A stretch of 64,000 bases of DNA from Halodesulfurarchaeum sp. (GCA_034520565.1 JAXHNL010000002.1:1216001-1280000); one strand, 5' to 3'. Shown: positions 39,236-48,716, counted from the first letter of the stretch. Program-made: numbers and translations. The notes: generated from the letters alone by a model not told the origin.

Positions 39236-40252
39236 TTACTTCGCTTCATTCGTTCTTTCGGACACGAGTCCGAGGTCGAGTGGGACCTGACCGTCTGCGT
39301 ATCCAGCGACCGTCCCTTCGGGACGCAATCGATAGACCACCGCCGGGCGATGGCCGACTGCTGGTTCGCTTGCCATGACCTGTTCGAACTCCGCGTCGGT
39401 GAAACTCGTACAATCCACCAGCAGAACCACGCCTCCTCCGTGAGCGTCGAGTTGGCCATCGACCTTGGTTGCCGCCGTCAGTTTGACCGCCTCGACTGCC
39501 GAATTTGCGTTCCGTCGGTGTGGTGGAGCCGGATGGGTCACCTCCACGAGGTGGGCACGATCGTTCGTTTCGACCCGGAAATCGAGTGAGTGCCCGGTCG
39601 AAACGGGCGCCTCCGGTTCGATGTCGTACCCGGCTGCATCAAGCAGGTACGCGGCATTGAACTCGCCCATCGCGGCAGTCATCCGAATCATGTTCAGCCC
39701 GTCGGAGGTGCCGAGCTTTCCGGCCATGAGGTGACGGTAGTCGTCGAAGACGCCACTCGCGAGAAACGATTCGTAAAATTCGAGGGCCGGTTCTGCATCG
39801 TCGATGGGGAAGCCGGCGGCGTGCTCTGAGAAGAACGTCCGCGAAGTTTCCCGACCGTCTTTCGAGAGAAACACGGGGAGGAAGAACCACGAGAGGTGGG
39901 GGAACTCGGTCAGCCAGGGAGACTCCTCGTGCAGTTGGGCCAATAGTTCGCGCTCGGCCCAGTCGGCGACACCGGGCGGCACTTCATCGAAGTCGTACTT
40001 CTCGGTTCGCCAGAGCACCTCCGGCGTTTCGGTGTTCCCCATCCAGTAGGCCTGTCCCTCCGTCCAGGCGAACAGGGCGATGTCGCCGTTTTCCATCTCG
40101 AATCGTCGTGCCTCGTAGTCGTCTGGCGGGGCGAACCAGGGGGTCGTCATTTCCGCACCGAGTGCGTCGTCGAGAGATCGATAAATCCGGTCCGTCACCC
40201 GGCCTTCTGACCAGGATTCCGTGGACCGCCGGAAGCGTAACAAACTAGCCAC
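39236..40252 (-). CDS. Conserved haloarchaeal protein (DUF5784-like)
   Basis: Acidic ORF with GNTETP and FFLPVFLSKDG; C-terminal D...VEV pattern. Confidence 0.65.
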   Translation of the reverse strand: MASLLRFRRSTESWSEGRVTDRIYRSLDDALGAEMTTPWFAPPDDYEARRFEMENGDIALFAWTEGQAYWMGNTETPEVLWRTEKYDFDEVPPGVADWAERELLAQLHEESPWLTEFPHLSWFFLPVFLSKDGRETSRTFFSEHAAGFPIDDAEPALEFYESFLASGVFDDYRHLMAGKLGTSDGLNMIRMTAAMGEFNAAYLLDAAGYDIEPEAPVSTGHSLDFRVETNDRAHLVEVTHPAPPHRRNANSAVEAVKLTAATKVDGQLDAHGGGVVLLVDCTSFTDAEFEQVMASEPAVGHRPAVVYRLRPEGTVAGYADGQVPLDLGLVSERTNEAK

Positions 40253-40296
40253 GAGCGGAAGTACGCCACCACCCCGTTTACGCCTTCCCCTCGGTG

Positions 40297-40776
40297 TCAG
40301 TCCTCTTCGAGGGAGCGTTCCATCATCAGCCGCTGTGGGGTGTAGCCCCGGTCCCGGTACCACTGAATCGCCGTCTCGTTCTCTGCCATTGCACTAATGG
40401 CCACGACGTCCGCGCCTCGATCTGCCAGCTTCGTTTCGGCACGCGAGAGCAACGCCGAACCGATGCCCTGTCCCCGCACGCGCGGTTTCACGTACACGTT
40501 TTCGATCACGCCGCGGACGACAGACTGCTCGTACAGCCCAGATTCGCGGTAAAACATGACAAAGCCAAGTAGTTCTTCGGCTCCCCCGTCCGTTGCCGTG
40601 GCGACATCCAGCATGTCCCCTGCAACGTACTGGCCCAGGAGGTCCCGGGCCGCAGCTCGGTTGGGTTCTCCGACGATATGAGAGCCATACGAACGCTGTC
40701 CCTCGACGAGGTTCACCCAGCATTCCAGAATCTCGTCGACGTCGGACACGGTTGCCTCGACGATTTCGAAGGCCAT
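40297..40776 (-). CDS. GNAT family N-acetyltransferase
   Basis: YVKPRVRGQGIGSALL and N-x-x-A-x-x-WY motifs. Confidence 0.9.
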   Translation of the reverse strand: MAFEIVEATVSDVDEILECWVNLVEGQRSYGSHIVGEPNRAAARDLLGQYVAGDMLDVATATDGGAEELLGFVMFYRESGLYEQSVVRGVIENVYVKPRVRGQGIGSALLSRAETKLADRGADVVAISAMAENETAIQWYRDRGYTPQRLMMERSLEED

Positions 40777-41975
40777 CAAGTATCCAGGGCTTCGATCGCC
40801 GGGAGGGTCTGGCCGGTGAGCATCGCGAGTGCGGCCCCGCCACCCGTGCTCACGTGGTCGAATCCGGTGATGTCGAATTTCCGGATGGCCCGGGCGGTGT
40901 CGCCACCGCCGACGACGCTGTATTCGGTCTCGGCGACTGTCTTGAACAGGCCCTTTGTTCCGACCCGGAAGGCCGGGTTTTCGAAAACGCCGGCCGGGCC
41001 GTTGAGAATAGCCGTCCCCATGTTAGAAAGGCAGTCGGCATACTGTTCGACCGTTCGGCTTCCGATGTCCATCACATCGCCGTCCCGTGACGTCGGAAGC
41101 TCGTCGATTGGAACTTCCCGACGACCGTCGTTCCCGGGCACGGCAACGTCAACCGGAAGGTGGATGTGCTCGCCGTGTTCCTCGAGGAGGACGGCGGCGC
41201 GATCGATCTGGTCCCAGACGTCCTTTTCGAGGATGTAATCCGCCGCTTTTTCTCCGAGGTCGATTCCGTCGGCCATGAGAAACACGTTCGCCACGAGCCC
41301 CGCCGTCAACACCTCGTCGGCCAGTCCGGCTTCGATTCCGTGTCGAATGACGCGGATCGCGTCCGGAATTTTGGCACCGCCGACCACGTATGCCCGGGGG
41401 GTGGGTGTCTGGTCGATATTTCCCAGGACGTCGATTTCCTGCTCCATGACCCGTCCGGCGTACGCGTCGAGCACGTGCGAGAAGCCGACGAGTGTCGGCT
41501 GGGATCGGTGGGCCGCGGCAAAGGCGTCGTTGACGAACGCGTCGAAATGGGGTGCGAGCCTGTCGACGACGTGCGTTTCGGCGGCGCGGGCAGGGTCGAA
41601 CTCCATGTACTCTTCGCTGTAGAAACGCGAGTTTTCGAGGAGGAGTGCCTGCCCCGGTTCGAGACCGTCGATGGCCTCGCGAGCGCCGGCGGAACTGGTG
41701 GCATCCGTGTACATCACCGGCGCATCGAGCAATTCGTCAAAGCGGGTCGCGTGGGAGTCAAGCGGCTCGAACTCCGACCCACCGGGCCGTCCCTGGTGGG
41801 CGATCACGGTCACTCGGGCATCGCGCTCGAGAAGTTCGGCGAGCGTATCGACGTGGGCTCTGAGCCGGGCATCGTCAGCCAGTTCCCCGGCCGGCGTGAG
41901 CGGGCTGTTGATATCGACCCGAACGCCGACCGAGGTCCCCGAAAGGGACAGGTCATCGAGGGTCCGTATCGCCAT
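40776..41975 (-). CDS. pgk: Phosphoglycerate kinase
   Basis: VRVDINSP, HQGRPG, NDAFAAAHR and HVSTGGGA motifs. Confidence 0.96.
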   Translation of the reverse strand: MAIRTLDDLSLSGTSVGVRVDINSPLTPAGELADDARLRAHVDTLAELLERDARVTVIAHQGRPGGSEFEPLDSHATRFDELLDAPVMYTDATSSAGAREAIDGLEPGQALLLENSRFYSEEYMEFDPARAAETHVVDRLAPHFDAFVNDAFAAAHRSQPTLVGFSHVLDAYAGRVMEQEIDVLGNIDQTPTPRAYVVGGAKIPDAIRVIRHGIEAGLADEVLTAGLVANVFLMADGIDLGEKAADYILEKDVWDQIDRAAVLLEEHGEHIHLPVDVAVPGNDGRREVPIDELPTSRDGDVMDIGSRTVEQYADCLSNMGTAILNGPAGVFENPAFRVGTKGLFKTVAETEYSVVGGGDTARAIRKFDITGFDHVSTGGGAALAMLTGQTLPAIEALDT

Positions 41976-42027
41976 GTATCCCAACGGTTCGTGGCGGGGT
42001 CCAAATGCGTTTCTGTGTCGGCCCGAG

Positions 42028-42579
42028 CTACACCGTCCGGCAGTCCGGACAGAGGAGTTGGCCGTCGACGTTGACCAGATCCTGCGAGAACGAACCACAC
42101 CCCTCACAGATGCTCTGATTCGAGTAGCCGTCGTCGACCGCGGTGTCCCGGCTGTCGACCATCGAGGCCGATTGCATCCCACCGGTCGATGCTTCGGTAC
42201 GCCCGGGCTGTTTTGCCGCCGCCAGATCCCGCGCGTCGAGGACGCCGAGGATCTCTGTTCCGTCTTCGACCAGCACGTGACTGCGGCCGGTTCCAACCAA
42301 CAATCTGGTTGCCTCTCCCAGCGTGGTTTCGGGCGTCACCACCGGCGGATCTCTGTTCATGACCGTCGAGACTGGTGTCGACTCGACGTCCCCGCCGTCG
42401 ACGAGATGGTCCAGAATCTCTCCGGCCGTCAGGATTCCTGCGGCGTCCTGTCCCCGCAAGACGACCGCTGCAGTCTCCCCGGATTTGCGCATCAGCGCGG
42501 CCGCTCCGAGAACCGCGTCTGACTCGCTCACGCCGAGGTAATCCCCGGAGAGGATGTCACGGACGGGGAGTGGACTCAT
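42028..42579 (-). CDS. CBS-domain protein with C-terminal zinc ribbon
   Basis: Two CBS repeats; CEGC...CPDC. Confidence 0.8.
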   Translation of the reverse strand: MSPLPVRDILSGDYLGVSESDAVLGAAALMRKSGETAAVVLRGQDAAGILTAGEILDHLVDGGDVESTPVSTVMNRDPPVVTPETTLGEATRLLVGTGRSHVLVEDGTEILGVLDARDLAAAKQPGRTEASTGGMQSASMVDSRDTAVDDGYSNQSICEGCGSFSQDLVNVDGQLLCPDCRTV

Positions 42580-42708
42580 ACATCAGTATACCATCGATTC
42601 GGTCTAAAAGGTATCCCCGGTAGTCTTATGCGTTGAGATGGTGTAGCATACGAACTAGTCGGCGAGGATCCGGGGGATTCAACTTGGCGGGACTCACCAC
42701 CTCTTGCA

Positions 42709-43323
42709 ATGGATCGGCCGTACGCGATCGGCATCGCCGGCGGAACCGGCGCCGGGAAGACCACGGTCGCCCGCGAACTCACCGAAAACGTCGAAGAATC
42801 GGTCACGATACTTCCGCTCGATAACTACTACGAGGATCTCTCGGACCTTTCCTTCGAGGAGCGACAGGGCGTCAATTACGACCATCCCTCCGCGTTCGAA
42901 TGGGACCTCTTACGGGGGCACCTGCAAACGCTACTCACGGGGGAGGCCATCGAGATGCCACAATATAACTTCGAGCGACATCTTCGCGAACCCGAACCGG
43001 TGACCGTCGAACCGTCCGAGGTCCTCGTCCTCGAGGGGATTCTCGCACTCTACGACGAGGGGGTGAACGACCTCCTCGACCTCAAAGTCTACGTGGAAAC
43101 TGACGCGGACGTCAGGATTCTCCGGCGCATTCGCCGGGACGTCGTCGAGCGGGGTCGCGATCTGGAGGGGGTGATCGATCAGTACCTCTCCACGGTCAAA
43201 CCGATGCACGAACAGTTCGTCGCACCGACGAAAAAGCGGGCCGACCTGATCATTCCGGAGGGCGCAAATCGGACGGCGGTCGATCTGCTCCAGGAAAAGG
43301 TGCGACGAGAGATCGAGGACTAA
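42709..43323 (+). CDS. udk: Uridine kinase
   Basis: GIAGGTGAGKTT, NYDHP and RRIRRD motifs. Confidence 0.95.
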   Translation: MDRPYAIGIAGGTGAGKTTVARELTENVEESVTILPLDNYYEDLSDLSFEERQGVNYDHPSAFEWDLLRGHLQTLLTGEAIEMPQYNFERHLREPEPVTVEPSEVLVLEGILALYDEGVNDLLDLKVYVETDADVRILRRIRRDVVERGRDLEGVIDQYLSTVKPMHEQFVAPTKKRADLIIPEGANRTAVDLLQEKVRREIED

Positions 43324-43327
43324 AACG

Positions 43328-43405
43328 ATTCAGTTCCCGGGGTGGCAGTCGGTAATTCAGTTTTCGACGTGACAGTCGGGCAAATCAGTTATCGGCGTGG
43401 TAGTC
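43328..43405 (-). repeat. Three degenerate tandem copies of the 3' end of the 43385 gene
   Basis: TCAGTT-N6-GTG-NN-AGTC at 43330, 43357 and 43385. Confidence 0.6.
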
Positions 43406-43696
43406 CCAGAGGCCGGCGGCCCTGATCGCGTCTCCGACGGCGCGGTGGAACTCGGTTTTCGTCTCGAAGGAGTCGACGGAGAGGTGTTCGAAAATCTCTG
43501 CGACGCTGTGGATTTTTCGGTGATTGATGCGGACCGGTTTTGCCCCGTGACGATCGAGGTACGTCTCGACCGACAGCGGGAAGGATTCTTTCGGCTCGAA
43601 CTTCGAGAGGATGGCCATGTCGAACCGGCGCATTCCGTTGCTTCCCTCCTCGCCGTCGGGATCGATCGGCCAGTCGGAGCGGTCTCCCGTTGTCAT
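43385..43696 (-). CDS. Conserved haloarchaeal protein (DUF5785-like)
   Basis: DWPIDPDGEEGS-x-G-x-R-x-FDMAIL. Confidence 0.7.
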   Translation of the reverse strand: MTTGDRSDWPIDPDGEEGSNGMRRFDMAILSKFEPKESFPLSVETYLDRHGAKPVRINHRKIHSVAEIFEHLSVDSFETKTEFHRAVGDAIRAAGLWDYHADN

Positions 43697-43815
43697 TGGC
43701 TTCTCTACCCGTCCGGGTACTTTCAAGATTCCGCTATTTTGAGCCGAGCAACGGAAACTCCATCCTGCAACCGAATTACTTCGGAAACCAACATTTGATG
43801 GTATTGATCTTCCGT

Positions 43816-43895
43816 TTTAGATTAGCCTAAACCGTCTTGTACCGATTACAAACAACTGAGAACGGTGGCAGGCTTTACTTTTAGGGTATCCTAAA
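43816..43895. promoter_or_regulatory. Two TTTAG-N6-CTAAA palindromes (DtxR/IdeR-like operators)
   Basis: TTTAGATTAGCCTAAA at 43816-43831 and TTTAGGGTATCCTAAA at 43880-43895 in an AT-rich divergent spacer. Confidence 0.7.
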
Positions 43896-43916
43896 CCACA
43901 AGTGCAGCAGTAGACA

Positions 43917-44453
43917 ATGACCCAAACAATAGAGGCCCGTTTGCCAGGGGGCGACCTCTCCCTGGATCTGAACGGCACGTGGGCGGCGTACTGGCTCTTC
44001 CTGCTTCGAGTGATCACCGGCTACTGGATGTTCCACGCCGGCTTGACGAAGGTGTGGGAGGCGTACGTCCTCGGTTCACCCTTCGATGCGGCCTGGTTCA
44101 TCCAGTTCGCTTCGCAGGGCACCATTCTCGAGGGATTCATGGCGCTGTTCAACAATTCCGCGGGTATCGCCTTCGCGAACTTCATGGTCCCGTGGGGTGA
44201 GCTCCTCATCGGGCTCGGAATTCTGCTCGGGGCGTTCACGAGGCTTGCCGCGTTCTTCGGCGGCTTCCTGATGATCTTCTTTTACTTCATCAACGGCGCC
44301 TGGAGCCACGGGATGGTGAACAGCGACCTGATGGGGATGATCCTCTTCATTACGGTCGCCGTCTTCGGTGCCGGCCGAATCTGGGGCGTGGATCAGTACC
44401 TTGAGCAGATGGACTGGGCCAAGAACCCGATCGCGAGGGCCATTCTGGGATGA
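43917..44453 (+). CDS. DoxX-family membrane protein
   Basis: LRVITG...HAGLTK, WGELLIGLGILLG-x-x-TRLAA and GAGRIWGVD motifs. Confidence 0.88.
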   Translation: MTQTIEARLPGGDLSLDLNGTWAAYWLFLLRVITGYWMFHAGLTKVWEAYVLGSPFDAAWFIQFASQGTILEGFMALFNNSAGIAFANFMVPWGELLIGLGILLGAFTRLAAFFGGFLMIFFYFINGAWSHGMVNSDLMGMILFITVAVFGAGRIWGVDQYLEQMDWAKNPIARAILG

Positions 44454-44466
44454 CGGAGGAAAACCA

Positions 44467-44775
44467 ATGACACAAGAACACCTCACGGCTGTCGAACGAA
44501 CGGGAATGATCGTGATCGGGGCGCTCGTCGTGATCGCGCTGCCGATCATCGGAACGCTCAACACCATCGCCGGATCGATGAGTGGCATGTTCGAGTACGC
44601 GGAGGGCGACTCCTCGGGCTACGCGCTGACCGAGGCTGCGGTCCCCGAGGCAGCGGAGATTACGGCGACCCCGCTCGTCGGCCCGAACACGCGAGCCTGG
44701 TTGATCCTCGTCGCGCTGCTCGTGCTGGGCGCAGTGGCAATCTACCGGCTCGGCACCTTCGGCGAGGCGGCCTGA
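44467..44775 (+). CDS. Hypothetical two-TM membrane protein
   Basis: GGAGG Shine-Dalgarno upstream; two hydrophobic segments; likely co-transcribed with the DoxX gene. Confidence 0.7.
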   Translation: MTQEHLTAVERTGMIVIGALVVIALPIIGTLNTIAGSMSGMFEYAEGDSSGYALTEAAVPEAAEITATPLVGPNTRAWLILVALLVLGAVAIYRLGTFGEAA

Positions 44776-44892
44776 TCGGACTTCGAAGCTACTGAACGTC
44801 GGACGACGCTGTTTTTGCGTTTTTCGGGGAGCTGAAGGTCCTCCTGAACAATGCGGTCGAGCCGACTCTGCTCCAGTGGGGTGACGGAATAG

Positions 44893-45184
44893 CGGTGCGG
44901 AGGGGATTTGAACCACGAGGACTTCGCTCAACCAGGTTTCGCTCGTCCTCTGGGCTCAAATCCCTCGTCCCCGTTCAAACGAAGACGGCGCGGTTCCTGA
45001 CGGAACACGCGCCTGGTGTGTTAGAAGCGGTGAGGAGGGGATTTGAACCAGAGGAAGACTCGCTCCCGTTGGTCGCTCGTCTTCCAGGGCTCAAATCCCT
45101 CGTCTCCGTTCAAACGTAGACGGCGCGGTTCCTGACGGAACACGCGCCTGGTGTGTTAGAAGCGGTGAGGAGGGGATTTGAACC
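44893..45184 (-). repeat. Tandem array of tRNA-Ser 3'-end copies with two 135-bp structured modules
   Basis: CGGTG(A/C)GGAGGGGATTTGAACC at 44893, 45028 and 45163 (period 135). Confidence 0.95.
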
Positions 45185-45247
45185 CCTGAGGCTACAATAG
45201 CCACCTGCTCTCAAGGCAGGCGCGTTGGGCCGCTTCGCTACCTCACC
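45163..45247 (-). tRNA. tRNA-Ser (anticodon TGA)
   Basis: GGTGAGG/CCTCACC acceptor stem, CCTGC-CTTGAGA-GCAGG anticodon arm, long variable arm, GGTTCAAATCC, G discriminator. Confidence 0.93.
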
Positions 45248-45273
45248 ACGACCGATACATTCGAGCGGACGGG

Positions 45274-46045
45274 TTAAGAACTGTCGGTCCCTTCCGCGTC
45301 CCGACTTGTCAATTCGCCATCCACCATCGCGATCTCGCGTTCCTGAACCGTCTCCCACGTGTGTTCGGGCACGGGTTTCCCGGCCAGCGTGTCCGCATTG
45401 AGCCGCGAGAGCACCCCCACGAGATCCTCCGGTTCCCACAGGAGCTCCCGCGACCGCTGGAAGTCGACTGCGAGGCCTTCTTCGACCGCTCGACGGGTAA
45501 TCTCCTCGACTGGTCGGGTCCCGAAGACGCCCTCGAAGTCGATCAGGTCCGAGAAGCCGGCGTAATAGACCTGTCCTCGACATGCCGGCCCGATGACCAC
45601 GTCCGCCCGCCTGAGCTTGAGGGCGGCCTCGTCGATCACCGAGCGAGTGAGGCGGGGCACACACGGTCTGAGCACCGCCGCGGACTGGATGTCCTCGTCC
45701 CGGACGAGGTGTGTGATGGCGTTGCCCGCTTTGGCCGAGAAGTCGCTGCCGACTTGCGGCTCGAACCGAACCGCCTCGAACCGGTCCGGCTCCATCGCCC
45801 GCGCGGCGATCTGCCGGAGTTCCGCCTTCGGATCGACGTCCTCGACGTCACTGGGTAAATCCCCCTGTGTCGGGTAGTTTACCAGGATGTCGATGGTGCT
45901 CCGTTCGAGGGTTTCCATGGTGTCCGCGAGCAGCGCCCGATAGAGAGCCAGCCCGTCAGCCGCAGTCAGGGCGGTCTTCTCGACGAGGCTCCGGCACGCG
46001 AGTCCCTCGACTGGCGGGTCGGGGAGCGGCGCGACTGTCGCTCAT
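45274..46045 (-). CDS. DUF2064/CofC-like protein (apparent +1 frameshift near 46039)
   Basis: Frame of the 45918 ORF extends upstream (DPPVEGL...LYRALLADT) to just after an out-of-frame ATG; VVIGP...GQVYYAGF. Confidence 0.6.
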
Positions 46046-46167
46046 CGACGCCACCCCTGACGGCGATTCACAGCGCATGGCAGTGGCTCGACGGTGGGGC
46101 CCCTTGAACTGCTCGCCTGCGGCTCGAATGGTGGCAAAATCCCTACTCGCGGGTGTCGATTGGCCCC

Positions 46168-47313
46168 TCACTCCGGGCGACTCGGGTGATAGTCGGTGTC
46201 GTACTCGCCCGGCTTCCCGTCCAGCCGATCGGGGTTGAGTCGGCCCGAGAGCAGCATGAAGTCCGTGATCGTGATCGCGGCAATCGCCTCGATGACCGGG
46301 ACCGCTCGGGGCGGAAGCACCGGGTCGTGCCGCCCGGTCACCTGCACAGTCTTTTCCTCGCCTGATTCCCAGTCGACGGTGGTCTGCTCGCTGGGAATCG
46401 ACGTGGGGGCATGGAGGGTCACCTCCCCGCAAATCGGCTCGCCGGTGGTGATTCCCCCCTGGACGCCGCCGTGATCGTTCTCGACCGGGGTCGGATCGCC
46501 CGACTCGTCGAACTCCCATTCGTCGTTGCGATCGAGGCCGGAAACCGCGGCCGCCTCACGACCGAGGCCGATCTCGAAGGCGGTGGTCGCCGGCACGGCC
46601 AACATCGCCTGTCCGAGTCGCGCCTCGACGGCGTCGAAGCGTGGCGCTCCCAGCCCGCGCGGCACGCCCTGGATCTCGAATTCGACGGCTCCGCCGACCG
46701 AATTGCCCCGCCGCTGGTACTCCTCTGCCACTTCCTGCATCTCCGCGGCCGTTTCGGGATGCGCACACCGGACGTCGGTGGCTTCGGTGTGCTCGCCCAT
46801 CTCCTCGAAGGTGACCGGTGGAGCTTCGATCTCGCCGATCTGGCTCACGTGGGCCCGGACCTCGATCCCCTCCGTCGCGAGGAGCTGTTTTGCGATCGCG
46901 CCGGCGGCGACCCAGTTGACCGTCTCCCGGGCAGAGGACCGACCCCCACCGCCCCAGTTTCTGGTCCCGAACTTCGCGGAGTAGGTGAAATCGCCATGGC
47001 TCGGTCTCGGAGCCGTGATGAACGGTTCGTACTTCCCGGAACGAGCGTCTTTGTTCTGGATCGTGAGTCCGATCGGCGTGCCAGTGGTGTAGCCGTCCTG
47101 GACGCCACTCTGAACCTCGACGCGGTCGGGTTCGTCACGGCTCGTCGTGATCTGTGACTGGCCGGGTTTGCGCCGGTCGAGTTCGCGCTGAATGGCCGCA
47201 CGGTCGAGTTCGAGCCCCGCCGGACAACCCGAGACGACCACGCCCATCGACGGTCCGTGGCTCTCGCCGTAGGTCGCGATCTGAAAGAGCCGGCCGAAGC
47301 GATTGCCGTTCAT
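46168..47313 (-). CDS. aroC: Chorismate synthase
   Basis: GESHG, PRPSHGD, GGGRSSARET and GRHDP motifs. Confidence 0.96.
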   Translation of the reverse strand: MNGNRFGRLFQIATYGESHGPSMGVVVSGCPAGLELDRAAIQRELDRRKPGQSQITTSRDEPDRVEVQSGVQDGYTTGTPIGLTIQNKDARSGKYEPFITAPRPSHGDFTYSAKFGTRNWGGGGRSSARETVNWVAAGAIAKQLLATEGIEVRAHVSQIGEIEAPPVTFEEMGEHTEATDVRCAHPETAAEMQEVAEEYQRRGNSVGGAVEFEIQGVPRGLGAPRFDAVEARLGQAMLAVPATTAFEIGLGREAAAVSGLDRNDEWEFDESGDPTPVENDHGGVQGGITTGEPICGEVTLHAPTSIPSEQTTVDWESGEEKTVQVTGRHDPVLPPRAVPVIEAIAAITITDFMLLSGRLNPDRLDGKPGEYDTDYHPSRPE

Positions 47314-47356
47314 ACAACTCCCCTCGGGACCCCCATCATTGAGCTTTTGGAATGAC

Positions 47357-48640
47357 TCACTTGAGAGTGACGCCTGCTCCGATTTCTTCGAGGACTCCGA
47401 AAAACCCGGGGAAGGAAACGTCGACGTCCTCGGCGTCGCTGATGGTGGTGTCGCCGTCCGCGACCAGTCCGGCGACGGCGAGTGACATCACGATTCGATG
47501 ATCGCCTCGGCCCGCGAGGCTCGCTCCTTCGAGTTCCGTCTCGGCCCCGTCGATCGTCAGCCGGTCCCGGTCTTCCCTCAGGCTCGCTCCCATCGACTCG
47601 AGGGACTCGGCCATGGCGTGCACCCGGTCGGTCTCCTTGTACCGGACGTGCTCGCAGTTCTCGATGACCATCGTTCCGTCTGCGACCGCCCCGAGGACCG
47701 CCAACGTGGGAAGGAGATCCGGGGTGTCGCCCACGTCCACCGTCACACCAGTGAGTTCTCCCCCGGCCACCGTTACCCGACCTGCCTCGTGGTCCCAGTC
47801 GACATCGGCTCCCATCCGTTCCAGGATCGGAATGATCACGCTATCCCCTTGCGGGCCAGGGTACAGCCCCTCCACGGTGACTGGACCGTCAGCGACCGCC
47901 CCGGCTGCGAGGAGATACGACGCGGCCGAGAAGTCGCCGGGAACGGTGTATCCGGCCCCCGGGGCCAGGTACTGCTGGTCACCCGGCACGGTGAAGCCGG
48001 ACCCGGTGCGCTCGACCTGCACCCCGAACTCATCGAGGAGTTCGACGGTTATTTCGACGTACGGCCCCGACTTCAACGGCGAGGTAAGCTCGATTTCAAT
48101 CCCGGTCTCCGTCCGCGCGCCGGCCATCAGGAGGGAGGTAATGAACTGCGATGAGACGTCCCCGGGGATTTCGACATGGCCGCCCCCCTGCCACCCGTCG
48201 ATGACGATCGGCGCCTGCTCGTTGGTCCGTGTACTCCTCGCCCGTCCGCCGAGTTGCTCGATGGCCGAAAGCATCGGTCCCTGTGGGCGCGAACGGAGCG
48301 ATTCGTCTCCCGTGAGGACCGTCGTTCCATCGACGAGCCCCGCCATGCCCATGGCGAGTCGGATCGTCGTGCCGCTGTTCGCACAGTCGATGACGTCGGC
48401 TGGAACCGCCGGTCGGTCGCCGAACCCATCCACTGTGAGCGCCCCCTCGTCCCGCTCGACTGTCGCGCCGAAGGCCTCCACGGCTCGCATGCTGGCTCGC
48501 GTGTCCGCGCTCACCAGTGGTCGTCGGATGATGCCCCCGTCCCCGTATGCGCCTGCAAAGATCGCCCGGTGGGTGTAGCTCTTCGAGGGTGGGGCGACGA
48601 CCGTTCCCGAGACGGTCGAACGAGTTACCGTCGCGTGCAT
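47357..48640 (-). CDS. aroA: EPSP synthase
   Basis: [23 protein letters not shown] and DHRI motifs. Confidence 0.96.
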   Translation of the reverse strand: MHATVTRSTVSGTVVAPPSKSYTHRAIFAGAYGDGGIIRRPLVSADTRASMRAVEAFGATVERDEGALTVDGFGDRPAVPADVIDCANSGTTIRLAMGMAGLVDGTTVLTGDESLRSRPQGPMLSAIEQLGGRARSTRTNEQAPIVIDGWQGGGHVEIPGDVSSQFITSLLMAGARTETGIEIELTSPLKSGPYVEITVELLDEFGVQVERTGSGFTVPGDQQYLAPGAGYTVPGDFSAASYLLAAGAVADGPVTVEGLYPGPQGDSVIIPILERMGADVDWDHEAGRVTVAGGELTGVTVDVGDTPDLLPTLAVLGAVADGTMVIENCEHVRYKETDRVHAMAESLESMGASLREDRDRLTIDGAETELEGASLAGRGDHRIVMSLAVAGLVADGDTTISDAEDVDVSFPGFFGVLEEIGAGVTLK

Positions 48641-48716
48641 ACCGGACCGTCGGGGCCCCGTCACATCACGGTTCCGGAGCCGACAGGAATTTGGGATCGG
48701 GCCGAGACTGCCCGTC

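Noticed and set aside
30251-45162. Genomic island or provirus between the two tRNAs
   Set aside because: The flanking repeats come from different tRNAs, there is no integrase, and the interval holds core genes (pgk, udk, dacZ).
45163-45247. Selenocysteine or opal-suppressor tRNA
   Set aside because: Anticodon 5'-UGA-3' reads UCA (Ser); tRNA-Sec needs a UCA anticodon. The acceptor stem is the standard 7 bp.
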